Positions 1 through 13,233 of a stretch of 64,000 nt of DNA are shown in pieces. Under the pieces are notes generated by a model. It was given only the letters and a program-made list of their open reading frames with translations. It had not been told where the DNA came from and did not search any database. Each line of letters begins with the position of its first letter. Position 1 is the stretch's first letter. The DNA lies in assembly GCF_000143415.4 (NCBI RefSeq), contig NW_003314417.1, forward strand, positions 151,219-215,218, in the 5' to 3' direction. The translations under genes were made by a program, and so were the position numbers. The stretch comes from Selaginella moellendorffii. Its lineage: Eukaryota > Plantae > Lycopodiophyta.

Positions 1-731
1 TCTCTCCATTACTCATAAAAAGTTTTACAACTATACTATAAAGTATTTAAAACTACTCATTTTAAAAATTATTGTAATAGCTAAAGGAATCACTAAAAAT
101 TGTGTTTACAATAATTAAATGTTATTTTAGAATTTTTTTCATATTTATTTTAATCTATATTTTCCAGTGGAGCTGGAATCTCAGCTTCATCATACTCATA
201 AATTAACACTACATTATTAAAATTAAACATAATTTTGTTGGTCAAAGATGGTATATTGTAGACACAATAAAAAATACTATAATATTAAAATTAAATAAGT
301 ACTGAATAGAAAAAATTATATATTTCATAACTTAAAATAGAAGAGTTGAATAGCTCCAGCTATTTTAACTTGAAAATTAGTTTTATTTTTTAAAATAATC
401 TTATGATACTTGTTACATATTTATCAATGAATCTAATCTAGCTCAGATATAGTCTAATATTTGGGTGATATAATAAAGTTATAATACTTCTTCAAGGACT
501 AATAATTTATGTATTGATACATGAAAAACATATAAATAAATATAATGATATAAAGGTAAAAATATGATTGAGGCAACATTATACATAATACAAAAGACTA
601 CCATATAAAAAAAGTGACTTAAACTTTTATTATTATTAAACCAATCTATTGTTTAATCTTAAATTTCTGATATGTTATGGTTTTAGAAAAAAAAATATTA
701 TATATCATCAATACCCTAATATCAAAGTAAA

Positions 732-1124
732 TGTTAGGATCCTATCCCTTACGCCCTAAACCAACTAGCCAAAGGGGTGATCATTTATTTGTAGGGCCCT
801 TTCTTTATCCTATTATCCTGACCTAGTGCCTAACAATCCTCCCTTCACAAAGGAATGATTGTCCACGATCATACTTAGGCCACCCTCGGGTCACCATGGT
901 CCTTCTCTTAGGGTCTACCAAACCTTGGTTCTCCTTCTAAATCCACTATATTGAATATTCCTTTAGAATATTTCAGCCCCACTCGTCAACCACAAGAATT
1001 GAACTGGGCTCCAATACCAATGTTAGAATTCTATCCCTTACACCCTAACCCAACTATCTAAAGGGGTGATCACTTGATTGTAGGGCTGTTTCTTTATTCT
1101 ATTATCCTGACCTGGTGCCTAATA
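732..1124 (-). mobile_element. TRIM (miniature non-autonomous LTR retrotransposon), ~104-bp LTRs
   Basis: Direct repeats 732-835 and 1021-1124 (TG...CA/TA ends); 5-bp TSD GTAAA at 727-731 and 1125-1129; reverse-strand PBS (ctccaatacca, ~1009-1019) and PPT (atcctccctt, 836-845); no ORF. Confidence 0.88.
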
Positions 1125-1614
1125 GTAAAACCTTACCATTCATTGAAAATATTAGCCTCATAACTAAGTTATAATGCTGTAAATTTAAATTTAAATAAAT
1201 GAAACATAGAAATAATAATACTAACTCATTCTCTCTATATAAAAACATGTATAGAAAGAATTTTAATTACATATAATATAATATGTTAGCTTTTAATTAG
1301 TACTCTTAAAAAATATAAATATAATTATTATAAAGGAGAGGATTTCAAATACAAATATAAAAAATAATTATAAAATTATAAAATAAAAATACACTATGTA
1401 GTTATAGAAATTTATTTTAAGTAAGTTTTGAAAAATACTAATTATATTTCAAAGAAATATAAAAATATTTTAAAGTAGAAAATGTTTATAAAAGTATTAT
1501 ATATATTCTAACTTAAAATAAAGGACTTAATATTTTGAGCTATTTATTTTTTAAAATGATTTTGTTTTTTTAATAGTAATCTTATAGTACTTATTAATAT
1601 AAAATGTATAGTAG

Positions 1615-2105
1615 ATATAGTGGGTAGGTTGGGCGTGGGTGACCAACCTGAGGCATAGTTTAGCTCTTGTTTGTGTGTCTATCCTTGTTCTACATGCTAG
1701 TTGGTGGAATACTTATATCCTAATGTTATACCATTAATATGCTGAAATAGTGCTAGACTTTATTTGGCTCTATTTTGCATGTTGGTCTTAGCATTGGGAT
1801 ATTAAAAGCTCTAAGAGTATTTCAACATCACTCTGTGCTTTTGTCCCTTCGCTCTTTGGGTTGAATGCTCAAAAGTCACTCCGTGCTTTAATTCCTTTGC
1901 TCCTTGGCTGCAAATTTGGGAGTATGGCTCTATTCCTTCATTTAGTGGCCCAAAGTCCTAAAATTTAGATTTTTCTCAATTGTCCTTGGATATATGGCAT
2001 GTGGCATGTGATAGATGGCATATAGAGGGTTTAGGTTCTATTTCATAGTTATTCTATAATAAATCACCATAGGATAAAGGGTGAAAACCATATGCACTAC
2101 AACAT
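1615..2105. repeat. Degenerate LTR-like fragment
   Basis: Similar by eye to 43670-44185 (cctgaggcatagt...ggtttaggttc...aaatcaccat). Confidence 0.55.
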
Positions 2106-2460
2106 TTTCCTTAGAGAGTTCCTTATTTATGCGTTAAGTCTCTAGACATACAACTCCTTGGAAAGCCATACCTCAAGTGCTCCTCTTGAGCTAGAGAACG
2201 TTGCTCTAGATCTTTGTGAGCTTTGCATTGAGGGGCTAGTAGACAACAGCGTTAGTCATAGTCTGGACTTTGTCTTACATGAAAATGCTCATTTGTTTGT
2301 TGTGGAAAAGCCTCAAAAAATCTGCTAGTATCGGCAACTGTGGCATTGCCTGGAAATGTTGCATTTTATCAACAAACTAGAGAAATGTTGAGATTAAGAT
2401 CTAGTGTGGAAGCTCAGGCTCACAGCATTTGCTCCTACTCAGGACACTCTCGACTATGGT

Positions 2461-2560
2461 NNNNNNNNNNNNNNNNNNNNNNNNNNNNNNNNNNNNNNNN
2501 NNNNNNNNNNNNNNNNNNNNNNNNNNNNNNNNNNNNNNNNNNNNNNNNNNNNNNNNNNNN
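2461..2560. other. Assembly gap (N run)
   Basis: 100 Ns. Confidence 1.
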
Positions 2561-3360
2561 GTTGAGGTTGATAGTTTGGAGATATTCATCTATAATTACT
2601 GTATTTTCTAGAGCTTTGATATTTTGGATGAGGAGTGGTCCTTCCTATCTTGATTTTGTCTTTGCTGATTTTCTCTATGTTTCCTCTAAACCATAGAACT
2701 TGATCTCCAACCTTTTCTTTACTTTTCCTGAGTCATCTTTTTTTGTTATGGTTGGTTTTTTTTCTACCTTGAATGGCTTCAAGAGTCTAATTTGCTTGTA
2801 ATTGTTGTTCATACAGCTTTTTTAGCATTGTTAGTCTTCTCTTGACTGAATTTTCTTGATTGATCTCATAGTGTATTGCCATTTGTAATGAAAGAATGAT
2901 GTACTTAAGTGGTGTCAAGATGTATCAATCTCCAAGATGGCATTTAACATGAGCTTTGGGCATTCAGAGTTTACAGTTATGCCATTTAGTTTGACAAATG
3001 CACTAGCCATATTTACTTAGTTGATGACGGAGATATTTAGGCATTATCTTCACGAGTTTATAGAGAGTTTCTTGGACAATATTTTTGTTTTTAGCAAGAA
3101 TATTGTTAGGCACCAGTTTTGACCATGTGGTCAATGTTGGTCAAAGGGAGGCTCAAGGGTATATTAAGGCATGTTAGGGTAAGGGACTTAAGCTACCCTA
3201 GAGCTCACAGTGGAGCGGCACCGCAATGGAGCTTTTGAGGTAGCTTGGGGGTGGTTGGGTGGTGAGGAACCTCAAGAGGTGGCGTAGCATAGTCTAGGGC
3301 AATTAGATCTCTGTCTTTTTGTACCGGATCATAACATTGGTATCAGAGGAGTTGGTTGCG

Positions 3361-6300
3361 ATGGCTGACCAAGCTGAACGCTGGAATCCTATTGTCGATG
3401 GTGGTGTCAACGATAGTGTTGATAGAGCTGCGGAGATTTGGACCATTCAAGATGTGGTTTATGAGCTGCGAGCCCTTAATCAAAATCAGTAAGAGATGCA
3501 AGACTAGATGCATGGCATGATGGATATCATGCGTGGGCGTGTTGAGGCACTCGAGGCTAGATGTGGTAGCGCTCCAAGTAAGCCTTCTTTGGTAGATCAA
3601 CTCAAGATTCCAACCTTTTCCGGTGATGGTGGTGTGAACAAATGTCTCGCTTGGCTAGCCAATGTGAAGAAGTTCTTGGCTGCTAGAAGAACTCCAGATG
3701 CAAAGGCTTTAGTGGCTATTCCAATAGTTTTGCATGATGCAGGTCTTTGATGGTGGAATTGGCTTGAGGAGTCTCGTGTTGTGGATAAAAAACCACCAAT
3801 GTCTACCATGGATGAGTTTGAGGTTGCTTTCCATTTATGTTTTGCCCCTCATTACGACGTGGAGAATGCTTGTTCAGAACTTCAACATTTCCAGCAAGGA
3901 AAAATGATGCTCAGGGACTATATTGAGAAGCTTACTCGCTTGATTAGTCGTGTTCCAACGAAGGATCCATATCAAAACAAGTCCTACTTCATTGATGGCC
4001 TACATAGTGAGAGCATGCGGCAACACTTGCGTCATTCTCAGCCTACAAAGAGTTTGGAGGAGCTCTTTGATGCGGCTCGTCGACTTGACAATGACAAGCA
4101 CAAGTCTCGCAAGCGTTCGCGGAGTCCTTCTGTCGAGAATCATTGTGATGATTGCCGTGGACACAAGGATGGGAACAACCTTCACAAGTTGAAGTCGGTG
4201 GTGACTACTTCGGATGCAAAGGGGTTCAAGAAGCAAAAGTTCTTTGTAAAGAATTATAGACAAAGTTGTCATCATTGTGGCGAACTTGGACACTACAAGG
4301 CTGATTGTCCACAGTTGAAGAACAAGTAGCAGGACAAGAAGAATGGCTAATCTTCTACTCACGGTAAGTTAGATACTAAAAAGTTGTAAACTTTGCAGTT
4401 TGAGGATGATGAAAAAAACCATTTCGGTCGGAGGAAGAGACTTTCAATCTTTGCTCATCAGCTTAATTGTGTGTGGAACAAGATGGAGCTCGAGGATACT
4501 TGTGAATTAACTTTAATGATAGAGGGCATGTTCCGTGGCAATTTAGTGCAGATTTTACTGGATAGTGGGAGTAATGACAACTTTGTTTCGGTAAAGTTTG
4601 TTGTGGAGCATGGCCTGGTCGCTTGAGGAGTTCTTCTATACATGGTGGAAGGTCCAGCTACCTTTGCTCAGCATTTTGATGCTTGTGTCGAGGAGCTGGA
4701 AGTGTTGGTTGGCAAAACCACACTTGTGGAGACATTTTATCTTGTGGATATTCATTGTGTGGATCTCATTCTTGGGATACCATGGTTGGTGAAGGTGGAT
4801 CCAGAGATAAAGTGGAGTATTAAGCATGTCTTGTTAGAGTATAGTCGCATTAAAGATGTGTGGTTTGGAGAGGGAGTTCAACCACCAGTTGTTATGCTCT
4901 CTGCTACATCTTTGAAGCAGGCTTGTTGTAATGGAAAAGCACTTTTGAGTTACTTGCTGTTTGTTTGTGACTTAGGGGACCAAGGCACATATGGGGGAGA
5001 AGCAGCAGTACGGGATGTACTTGACGAGTTTTCTGATGTTTTTCCATCTGAACTTCCTCATGGGTTGCCTCCATTACAAGGTGTGGAGCATGGGATTACT
5101 TTAGAGCCAGGGATGTGGCCAATTTACCAACATCCATTTAAGTTAAGTTATGCAGAGGAGTAAGAAGTTTAATGACAAGTTAAGGAGTTACTTGAGTTTG
5201 GATTTATTCAGCCAAGTAAGTCTTTGTTTGCTGCTCCAATCTTGCTTGTGAAGAAGAAGGACGGTTTAATGTGAATATGTATTGACTATCATGCCTTGAA
5301 TAAGAAGACAGTGAAGGATAAGATGTCGATGCCACGTGTGGATGATATCCTAGACAAGCTTGGTGAAGCACAAGTGTTTACCAAAATTGATCTGAGGATT
5401 GGATATCATTAGATTGCAATGGATGATGCATTTATTTCCAAGACAACATTCAACGCAAGCTTCAAACATTTGAGTATTTTGAGTTTATAGTTATGCCGTT
5501 TGGTTTGACGAATGCACCAGCCACATTTACTCGGTTGATGATGAAGGTATTTAGGCATTATCTTCATGAGCTTGTGGAGATTTTCTTGGAAGATTTTCTT
5601 GTTTTCAGCAAAAATATGGAGGAGTATAAGGTGCATTTGCACAATGTCCTTTTGTTACTCCGAGACAGCAAACTTTATGCGAAGAAGAGCAATTGTGAGT
5701 TTGCAAAGTCAAAGGTGGAATATCTAGGCTATATTGTGACATCTAAAGGTGCCAAGATGGATCTAAGGAAGGTGGATGTGGTGGAAAATTGGCCTACACT
5801 GAATACAGTGGCTGAGTTGCACAGTTTTCTTGGTATGGCTAGTTACTATCGACGTTTTTAGCATAAGTTCGCAAAGGTGGCTATTCCTTTAACATGGTTG
5901 TTACGCAAGAATGTGCCATTTGAGTGGAAGAAGCCCCAAGAGGAGAGTTTTGTGGCATTGAAATGATTATTGAGCGAGACTCAAGTGCTTCGCATTGTTA
6001 ATCTATCGAAACCTTATGAGGTGATATCCAATGCGAGTGGTTATGCACTGGGAGGAGTTCTCATGCAAAAGGGACAGCCTATTGCATATGAGAGTCAAAC
6101 TTTGAATTCTGTGGAGCAACACTATTCCACATATGAGTAAGAGTTACTCTCTATTGTTCATGTTTTGCGGACATGGCAGCACTATCTTTATAGTGCAGTG
6201 TTTGTGGTGTTGACAAATCACAAACCACTTGTGTATCTTTTCACATAGGAGTTGAACACTAGGCAAGCTCGTTGGATGGTCAAACTTATGGAGTTTGGGG

Positions 6301-7985
6301 AGTTTCCTATTAAGCATCATTTGGGAAAATCAAATGTGGTGGTAGATGCTTTATCTTGTGTTCGTCATGTGACGACATTACAAACATGATTTTGTCATCA
6401 TTTAAGTAAAGTGGTTAGCGAGTTTGGGCAGTTAGTTGAGCGTGCTTAGGCTTAGGATGCTAAAGTGGCCTCTTTGTGAGACCAAATGGAAGCTCCTTTC
6501 TCATTGGTGGATGGGATTATCTACTACAATGGCCATTGTATATTTGCCACGGGTGGATGTATTAATTACTTAAGTTTTATTCCACTATCATGATTGTCTA
6601 GAGGCCAATGTAAGCCAGAAATTTTTCCTTTCTGATTTGCCAGTTTACCTCGTCTATCCGTCCAAACACTGTCTCGGCTTTTGCTAAGTTCCCTCGCTAA
6701 GGTTCCTGCCTATGGTACTAGCTCCTACTTGGTTCTTCTTGGTTTCAGCTACTCACTGCACGAGCAATGGAGTGTTAGCCATCCATCCACAGATTCCCAA
6801 ATCTCTCCCAATCCCCCTCCCCGGGTTAGACTGGACTTAAGGTTCGGCTACACTCCCCACAAGCACAAGCAGCCAAGCACACTAAGCTTCCAGGTTCCTA
6901 ACATCCCTTGGTACCACAAGACTTGATCATGGGACCCTCTAAATCCCAAGTCTTGGGTGCAACACTTGTTTCGGGACGCCAGGGCAAAACACCGTGGCCT
7001 AACGGCCTGGTATGGGTACCTCTACCCCCCCACTTCCATCCCAAAGGGAAGGTCCAAGCCCTTAGGAAGGGCAAGGACCAATGAGCTGCATGGTACTCAA
7101 GTGGGGCACCACTCCACATGAGTCGGGAGCACCGCAATCGGTTTCCCTTTCGGGAGTGGGAACTACTCTTGAGCACTTCCTTGGATGGCCCTTCCGGCAC
7201 CAACCACGTCCATGCTCACTTCCATAAAGCCCCTCAGTCCTAGTCCCAACCTCAAGTCAATTTGGAAGCCCCACGGGAGAGTTCCTTCAAAATTGTTTCC
7301 GGGGCCCCCCTTTCCCTTTTTTAGGTTTGGAAACCCCGGGAGGGCCCCCCCCCCCCCCCCCCCCCCCCGGGAGATGCACGCTTTGGGCTTTCACCCCTTG
7401 ACCCGTATTAGTATTCGGACTCAGTCTCTGGCTCGATCTCGGACTTGATCTTGGATCCAACTTCGGATTCGGTCTCGGACTCGATCTCAGACTCGATCTC
7501 GGACCCAATCTTGGACCCGACCTCGGACTTGGTATCGAACCCAATTTCGGATCTCGGACTCCATCTCAAACTCGGTCTCGAACTCGGTCTCAAACTCGGT
7601 CTCCGAGTCGGCCTCGGACTCGATTTCGGACTCTATCTCGAACTCGGTCTCCAAGTCGGTCTTGGACTCGATCTCAGACTCGGTCCCATCCGATGAACTC
7701 TTTATCATTTTGGTCATGCTTTCGGGGATCCTTTAGCTTACGACACCTCGGGGAGTTGGTTCCTTACAGCCGATCATTTTGGGGGGAAGAAGACGTATGA
7801 GTTGATTAAGCACAATTTTTATTAAAGGAATATGAAGGCTGATATCCTCAAATATTGTAAATCATGTAAGCTTTGTCAGTGGGTTAAAGTGCCACGAGAG
7901 AAGCCAGAGGGACTTTTGCAACCTTTACTTATTCCTTAGAACCGTTGGTGTAGTATCTTTATAGACTTCATCACTTATTTGCCAT
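3361..7985 (+). pseudogene. gag-pol pseudogene of family D
   Basis: CCHC knuckle CHHCGELGHYKADC; protease LLDSGS; RT MPFGLTNAPATF and FLEDFLVFS; RNaseH and integrase remnants; many stops from C>T changes. Confidence 0.88.
6609..7768 (-). mobile_element. Solo LTR of chromovirus family A
   Basis: Reverse complement of 12027-13174; flanked by GCCAA/GCCGA (TSD with 1 mismatch); interrupts the family D integrase. Confidence 0.88.
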
Positions 7986-10363
7986 GAATATAGAGGCAAA
8001 AAGAGCAAGTATGGGTCATAGTGGATCGGTTAACAAAGTATGTGTGGGGTCAACGTTGGTCAAAGGGAGGCTCAAGGGTATATTAAGGCATGTTAGGGTA
8101 AGGGACTTAACCTACCCTAGGGCTCACAGTGGAGCTTTTGAGGTAGCTTGGGGGTGGTTGGGTGGTGAGGAACCTTAAGAGGTGGCGTAGCATAGTCAAG
8201 GGTGGCTAGATCTTTGTCTTTTTGCACTGGATCATAACAAATATGGAGGAGCAAAAGGTGTATTTGCACAAGGTTCTTTTGTTACTACGTGACAATAAAC
8301 TTTATGAAAAGAAGAACAAATATGAGGTTGAAAAGTCAGAGGTGGAGTATCTAGGCTATATTGTGATATTTAAGGGTGTTAAGATGGAGAGTTGAATATT
8401 AAGCGAGCTCATTAGATGATTTTATAGAGTTTGAGGAGTTTTCTATTGAGCATCATCTAGGAAAATCAAATGTGGTGGCAGATGCTTTATCTCGTGTTTG
8501 TCATGTGACGGTGTTATAAACATGGTTTTGTCATTATTTAAGTAAAGTGGTCAGTGAGTTTGGGTAGTTGGTTGAGTGTGCTTAGATTGAGGATGTTGAG
8601 ATGGTCTCTTTACAAGCCCAGATGGAAATACCAGTTTTATTAGTGGATGGGATTTTTTACTACAATGGTTGTGTATATTTTCCATGGATGGATGTGTTAA
8701 TTACTCAAGTTTTATTCCACTATCATGATCGTCCAAAGGCTGGTCATTTTGGAGGGAAGAAGATGTATGAGTTGATTATGTGTAATTTTTATTGTAAAGG
8801 CTAATATCCTCCAGTATTGTAAATCATGAGAGCTCTGTTAGTGAGTAAAGGTGCCATGGGAGAAATTGAAGGGACTTTTGCAACCTTTTCTTATTCCAAA
8901 GAGCTATTGGTGTAATATGTTTATGGACTTCATCACTTATTTACTATGAACATAAAGGCAAAAGGAGAAAGTATAGATCATAATGGATCATTTGACGAAG
9001 TATGTGTAGTTGTTGGCTCTTTGGAAGACTGTCATTACCTTAGACTTGGCTGTAGTGTATTTGGAGAAGGTTTTTCCTAATTTTGGTCTACTGAAGGACA
9101 TCATTAGTGATTGAGATTTAAAATTCACTAATGGATTTTGGAAAAGATTTGCAAAGGCTATACAAGTGACTTTGAAACTCTCAAGTGAAAATCATCCTCA
9201 GAGAGATGGGCAAATTGAGCATCTGAATTAGGTGGTGGAGGATATGTTATGCTGTAACATTGTCAGAGGTAGGGACAATGAGATTTATATCTTCTATTAG
9301 TGCAATTTTTCTACAATAATAGCCAACAAAGTGGAATTATATTATAGCTTTGCATATGAGGAGGTTGTGTACTATTTGAGTCCATCTCGTGGTCTTCATT
9401 TTAGTTTTAACTAAGTGTTGATCATGCATAGTAAGTCTCTTCAAAGTATACTCCTATATCTTGTACCTAGGGCATTATGTTCATGTTGGACAAGTATATA
9501 ACTTGATGTTGTGAGTTTAGTGTTTAAGTTTTACAAAAGGCAAGATAAAAAGTGATTGTTAATTGCTTTGTGACTAGTGATTATTTGTAGACTTCAGCAA
9601 GGACTTTTGACACTTACTTCGCTCGACGGAAATTTATTAGTGATAGATTTGCTTTACTGGATGGTGTTGCAAAGGATCATATAGTTAAACTTACATGGTT
9701 TTTCCATTTTTGCATATTGATTCTATTTCTATTGATATCATTTTGTTGTATTTAGTCCATGGTGTTAGATTTCATTAAGTCTTGGATGTGGCGAATCACT
9801 CCTTGATTATGTGTTATTTGTAGCTCAATATTTTTGAGGGATTAATCTCCAATACTAAGTACGGTATCTTTAACTTTGATTAGCTTGGTTGCTAGAAAGC
9901 TTTAAGTGATAATTCGCTCTTGCTTTCTTCTAGCTTTGTTTTAGTGTTGATGGCATTGAAGTGATGCTTTGTCATTGATATTGTAGATGTTAAGTTTAAA
10001 GTGAAATGAGATATCTTTATGTAGGATTGATATTGAGTTTCATTAGTCTCAATATAAATACTATTGATGATTTGGCTGTAGTTCTGTATTATTGACATTC
10101 ATGCATTTACTAATTAGCAACTATATTGGCATTCAAACGACCTAATTGGCAAGTTTGAGTTAATTGTGTTGTAAACAACATTGTTTAGTAAGGGTTGAGG
10201 TTTGGCTTTTCCTTAAAAAGTGATTTAATTATGGACTATTGTAACTTTATAAGAGAAACAATTAGTAATTGACATAGAAGATTTGGTTCCTTGTTAGAGT
10301 TGAGTTAGGATATACCAATTATTAATGATTTCTCTATTGTTTGTTATGAAGTCAGTTACGTCC

Positions 10364-11215
10364 TGTAAGGAACCAACTCCCTAAGGTGTCATAAGCTAAA
10401 GGATCCCCGAAAGCATGACCAAAATGACAAAGAGTTTATCGGATGGGACCGAGTCTGAGATCAAATCCAAGACCGACTCTGAGACCGAGTTCGAGATAGA
10501 GTCCAAGATCGAGTCCGAGGCCGACTCGGAGACCAAGTTCGAGACCGAGTTTGAGACAGAGTCCGAGATCTGAGATCGGGTCCGAGACCGAGTTCGAGAC
10601 CAAGTTTGAGACAGAGTTCGAGATCCGAGATTGTGTCCGAGATCGAGTCCAAAGTCGGGTCCGAGATCGAGTTTGAGATCGAGTCTGAGACCGAGTCTGA
10701 GCACTAATATGGGGTGAAAGCCCAAAGCGTGCATCTCCCGGGGGGGGGCTGCAGGTGGTTCCAAAAGTATAGTAGGTCCAGGAACCAATCTTGAAGGAAC
10801 TCTCTAGTGATGCTTCCAAACTGACTTGAGGTTGAGACTAGGACCAAGGGGCCTTGGGTGGGAGTGAGCATGGACTCGGATGGTGCCGGAGGGGCCACCC
10901 AAGGAAGTGCTCAAGAGCAGCTCCCACTCCCACAAGGGAAACCGACTGCGGTACTCCCAGCTCATGTGGAGTGGTGCCCCACTTGAGTACCATGTGGCTC
11001 ATTGGTCTTTGCCCTTCCTAGGGGCTTGGGCCTTCCCTTTGGGATGGAAGTGGGGGGGTAGAAGTACCCATACTGGGTCTTTAGGCCACAGTGTTTCGCC
11101 CTGGCATCCCGAAACAAATGTTGCACCCAAGGCTTGGGATTTAGAGGGTCCCATGATCAAATTTTGTTGTAGGAACCTAGAGGCTTGGTGTGCTTGACTG
11201 CTTATACCTGCAGGG
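10364..11215 (+). mobile_element. 3'-truncated LTR of family A
   Basis: Starts tgtaaggaaccaactc like 12027; carries the hexamer array and poly-G module; similarity ends near 11215. Confidence 0.85.
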
Positions 11216-12026
11216 AGTGCTTTTTGCATTACCACATGTTCTTTGTGGATTGCTCTGGATTGGTCTCTTGGGTTTGAGACATCAAAAGCATGTTGTTGGT
11301 TTTTGCTTAAAAAACTTAAGTCCTTTACTATGGTTTACTATGATCTATTTAGATTGGCTAGTGCGATAGTTGGCATGGATATTATGTTTGTTAGTCTTTA
11401 CAACACTTATTCTGTTTTATTAATTATCACTATAGCTGGTTCTAATAGATTGGTATTTTACATAAGTTGTTTAGCATACTATTTGCAATCTGTAATAGTT
11501 AAATTTTCTTGATGATACACTAGCTATTGAATTTTTTTGGATGGTGAATCTTATATTTTTCAATTATGATGATCTTGATGGTTACTTTACTTTAATAGAC
11601 ACAAATACCTAAGCCCCAAAGTGGAGCCGAAAGGGCACCACGTGGTGGTGGCCGAAGTGAAAGCCAAACGAGTGTAACATTTTGGATTAAAAGCTCTGAC
11701 TTGAAAGATTGAGAGCAGAAGTGGAACTCCTAACAAAGTACTCGAGGAACAAGCACAAAACAAGTAATAAGTGAGTCTCTAAAAAAGGGACAGAAAAGGA
11801 CCAATACATAACACATCGAAGAGTCCGAGATGGACCCAAGATGGAGTCTAAGATGGACCCAAGATGGAGTTTGAGATGGAGTTTGAGATGGACCCGAGAT
11901 GGAGTCTGAGATGGCCCTGAGATGGAATCCGAGATGGACCCAAAATGAAGTCCTAGATGGAGTCCGAGATGGACCTGAGATGGAGTTCGAGATGGAGTCT
12001 AAGATGGCGTCCAAGATGGACTCGAG

Positions 12027-13174
12027 TGTAAGGAACCAACTCGCCGAGGTGTCGTAGGCTAAGGGAACCCCGAAAGCATGACCAAAATGACAAAGAGTTC
12101 ATCGGATGGGACCAAGTCAAAGATCGAGTCCAAGACCGACTCTAGGACCGAGTTCGAGATCGAGTCCGGAATCGAGTCCGAGACCGACTCGGGGACCGAG
12201 TTCGAGTCCGAGTTCGAGACCGAGTTCGAGACGGAGTCCGAGATCCGAAATCGGGTCCGAGACCGAGTCCGAAGTCGAGTCCGAGGTCGGGCCCGAGATC
12301 GGGTCCGAGATCGAGTCCGCGATCGAGTCCGAGACCGAATCCGAAGTCGGATCCGAAATCGGATCCGAGATCGAGCCAGAGATTAAGTCCAAATACTAAT
12401 ACGGGTCAAGGGGTGAAAGCCCAAAGCGTGCGTCCCCCAGGGGGGGGGGGCTGCAGGGGGTTCCAAAAGTATAGTAGGGATAGTGAGGTCCAGGAACCAG
12501 TTTTGAAGGGACTCTCCAGTTGGGCTTCCAAACCGACTTGAGGTTGGGACTGGGACTAAGGGGCCTTGGGTGGGAGTGAGCATGGACTTGGCTGGTGCCG
12601 GAGGGGCCATCCAAGGAAGTGCTCAAGAGCAGCTCCCACTCCCGAAAGGGAAACCGATTGCGGTGCTCCCGGCTCATGTGGAGTGGTGCCCCACTTGAGT
12701 ACCATGCGGCTCATTGGTCCTCGCCCTTCCAAGGGGCTTGGGCCTTCCTTCGGGATGGAAGTGGGGGGCGAGAGGTACCCATACCGGGCCGTTAGGCCAC
12801 GGTGTTTCGCCCCGGCGTCCCGAAGCAAGTGTTGCACTCAAGACTTGGGATTTAGAGGGTCCCATGATCAAGTCTTGTGGTACCAAGGGATGTTAGGAAC
12901 CTGGAAGCTTGGTGTGCTTGGCTGCTTGTGCTTGCGGGGAGTGTAGCCGAACCTTAAGTCCAGTCTAACCCGGGGAGGGGGATTGGGAGTGATTTGGGAA
13001 TCCATGGAAGGATGGCTAACACTCCGTTGCTCGTGCAGTGAGTAGCTGAAACCAAGTAGGAGCTGGTACCATAGGCGAGAACCTTGGCAAGGGAACTTAG
13101 CAAAAGCCAAGGCAGTGTTGGACGGATAGACGAGGTAAGCTGGCAAATTGGAAAGGAAAAAATTGTGGCTTACA
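12027..13174 (+). repeat. 5' LTR of element A with GAGTCC/GAGACC/GAGATC hexamer array
   Basis: Direct repeat of 18411-19558; hexamer array ~12110-12390. Confidence 0.95.
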
Positions 13175-13233
13175 ATTTGGTATCGGAGCCTTTTCCTCAG
13201 TTCTAGCGAAGGATAGAGGCGGATTGCTGGGAG

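Larger units (their letters stand above)
3104..8239 (+). mobile_element. Ty3/gypsy LTR retrotransposon (family D), degenerate, short ~233-bp LTRs
   Basis: 5' LTR 3104-3336 (TG..CA); PBS tggtatcagag at 3338; 5'-truncated 3' LTR ~8040-8239; TSD AATAT at 3099-3103 and 8240-8244. Confidence 0.85.
2935..9350 (+). mobile_element. Older degenerate Ty3/gypsy pol (RT-RNaseH-integrase remnants), split by the element at 3104-8239
   Basis: RT reading (MPFSLTNA...FLDNIFVFSKN) stops at 3103 and resumes at 8240 (MEEQKVYLHKVLLLL); integrase remnants (GHFGGKK, MDFIT, HPQRDGQIE) extend to ~9300. Confidence 0.75.

Noticed and set aside
1990-2025. atggcatgtggcatgtg resembling the 24-bp palindrome (also ~44066)
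   Set aside because: It is a direct GGCATGT repeat with no second inverted arm, so it is not counted as a motif copy
4327-4400. Possible intron or readthrough between gag and pol of family D (gtaag...ttgcag)
   Set aside because: The frame is continuous without splicing, and the stops are explained by CAG>TAG and CAA>TAA decay
9400-10360. AT-rich decayed coding-like region (also 11220-11590, 45110-46700, 48900-49620)
   Set aside because: No motifs or termini I can support; probably old TE debris
12078-12399. ORFs rich in RDRV, SRPS or ESE repeats in the LTRs (also 7400-7720, 10400-10820, 18460-18790, 25200-25540, 61460-62090)
   Set aside because: Artefacts of stop-free hexamer and 11-12-mer arrays that are open in several frames on both strands
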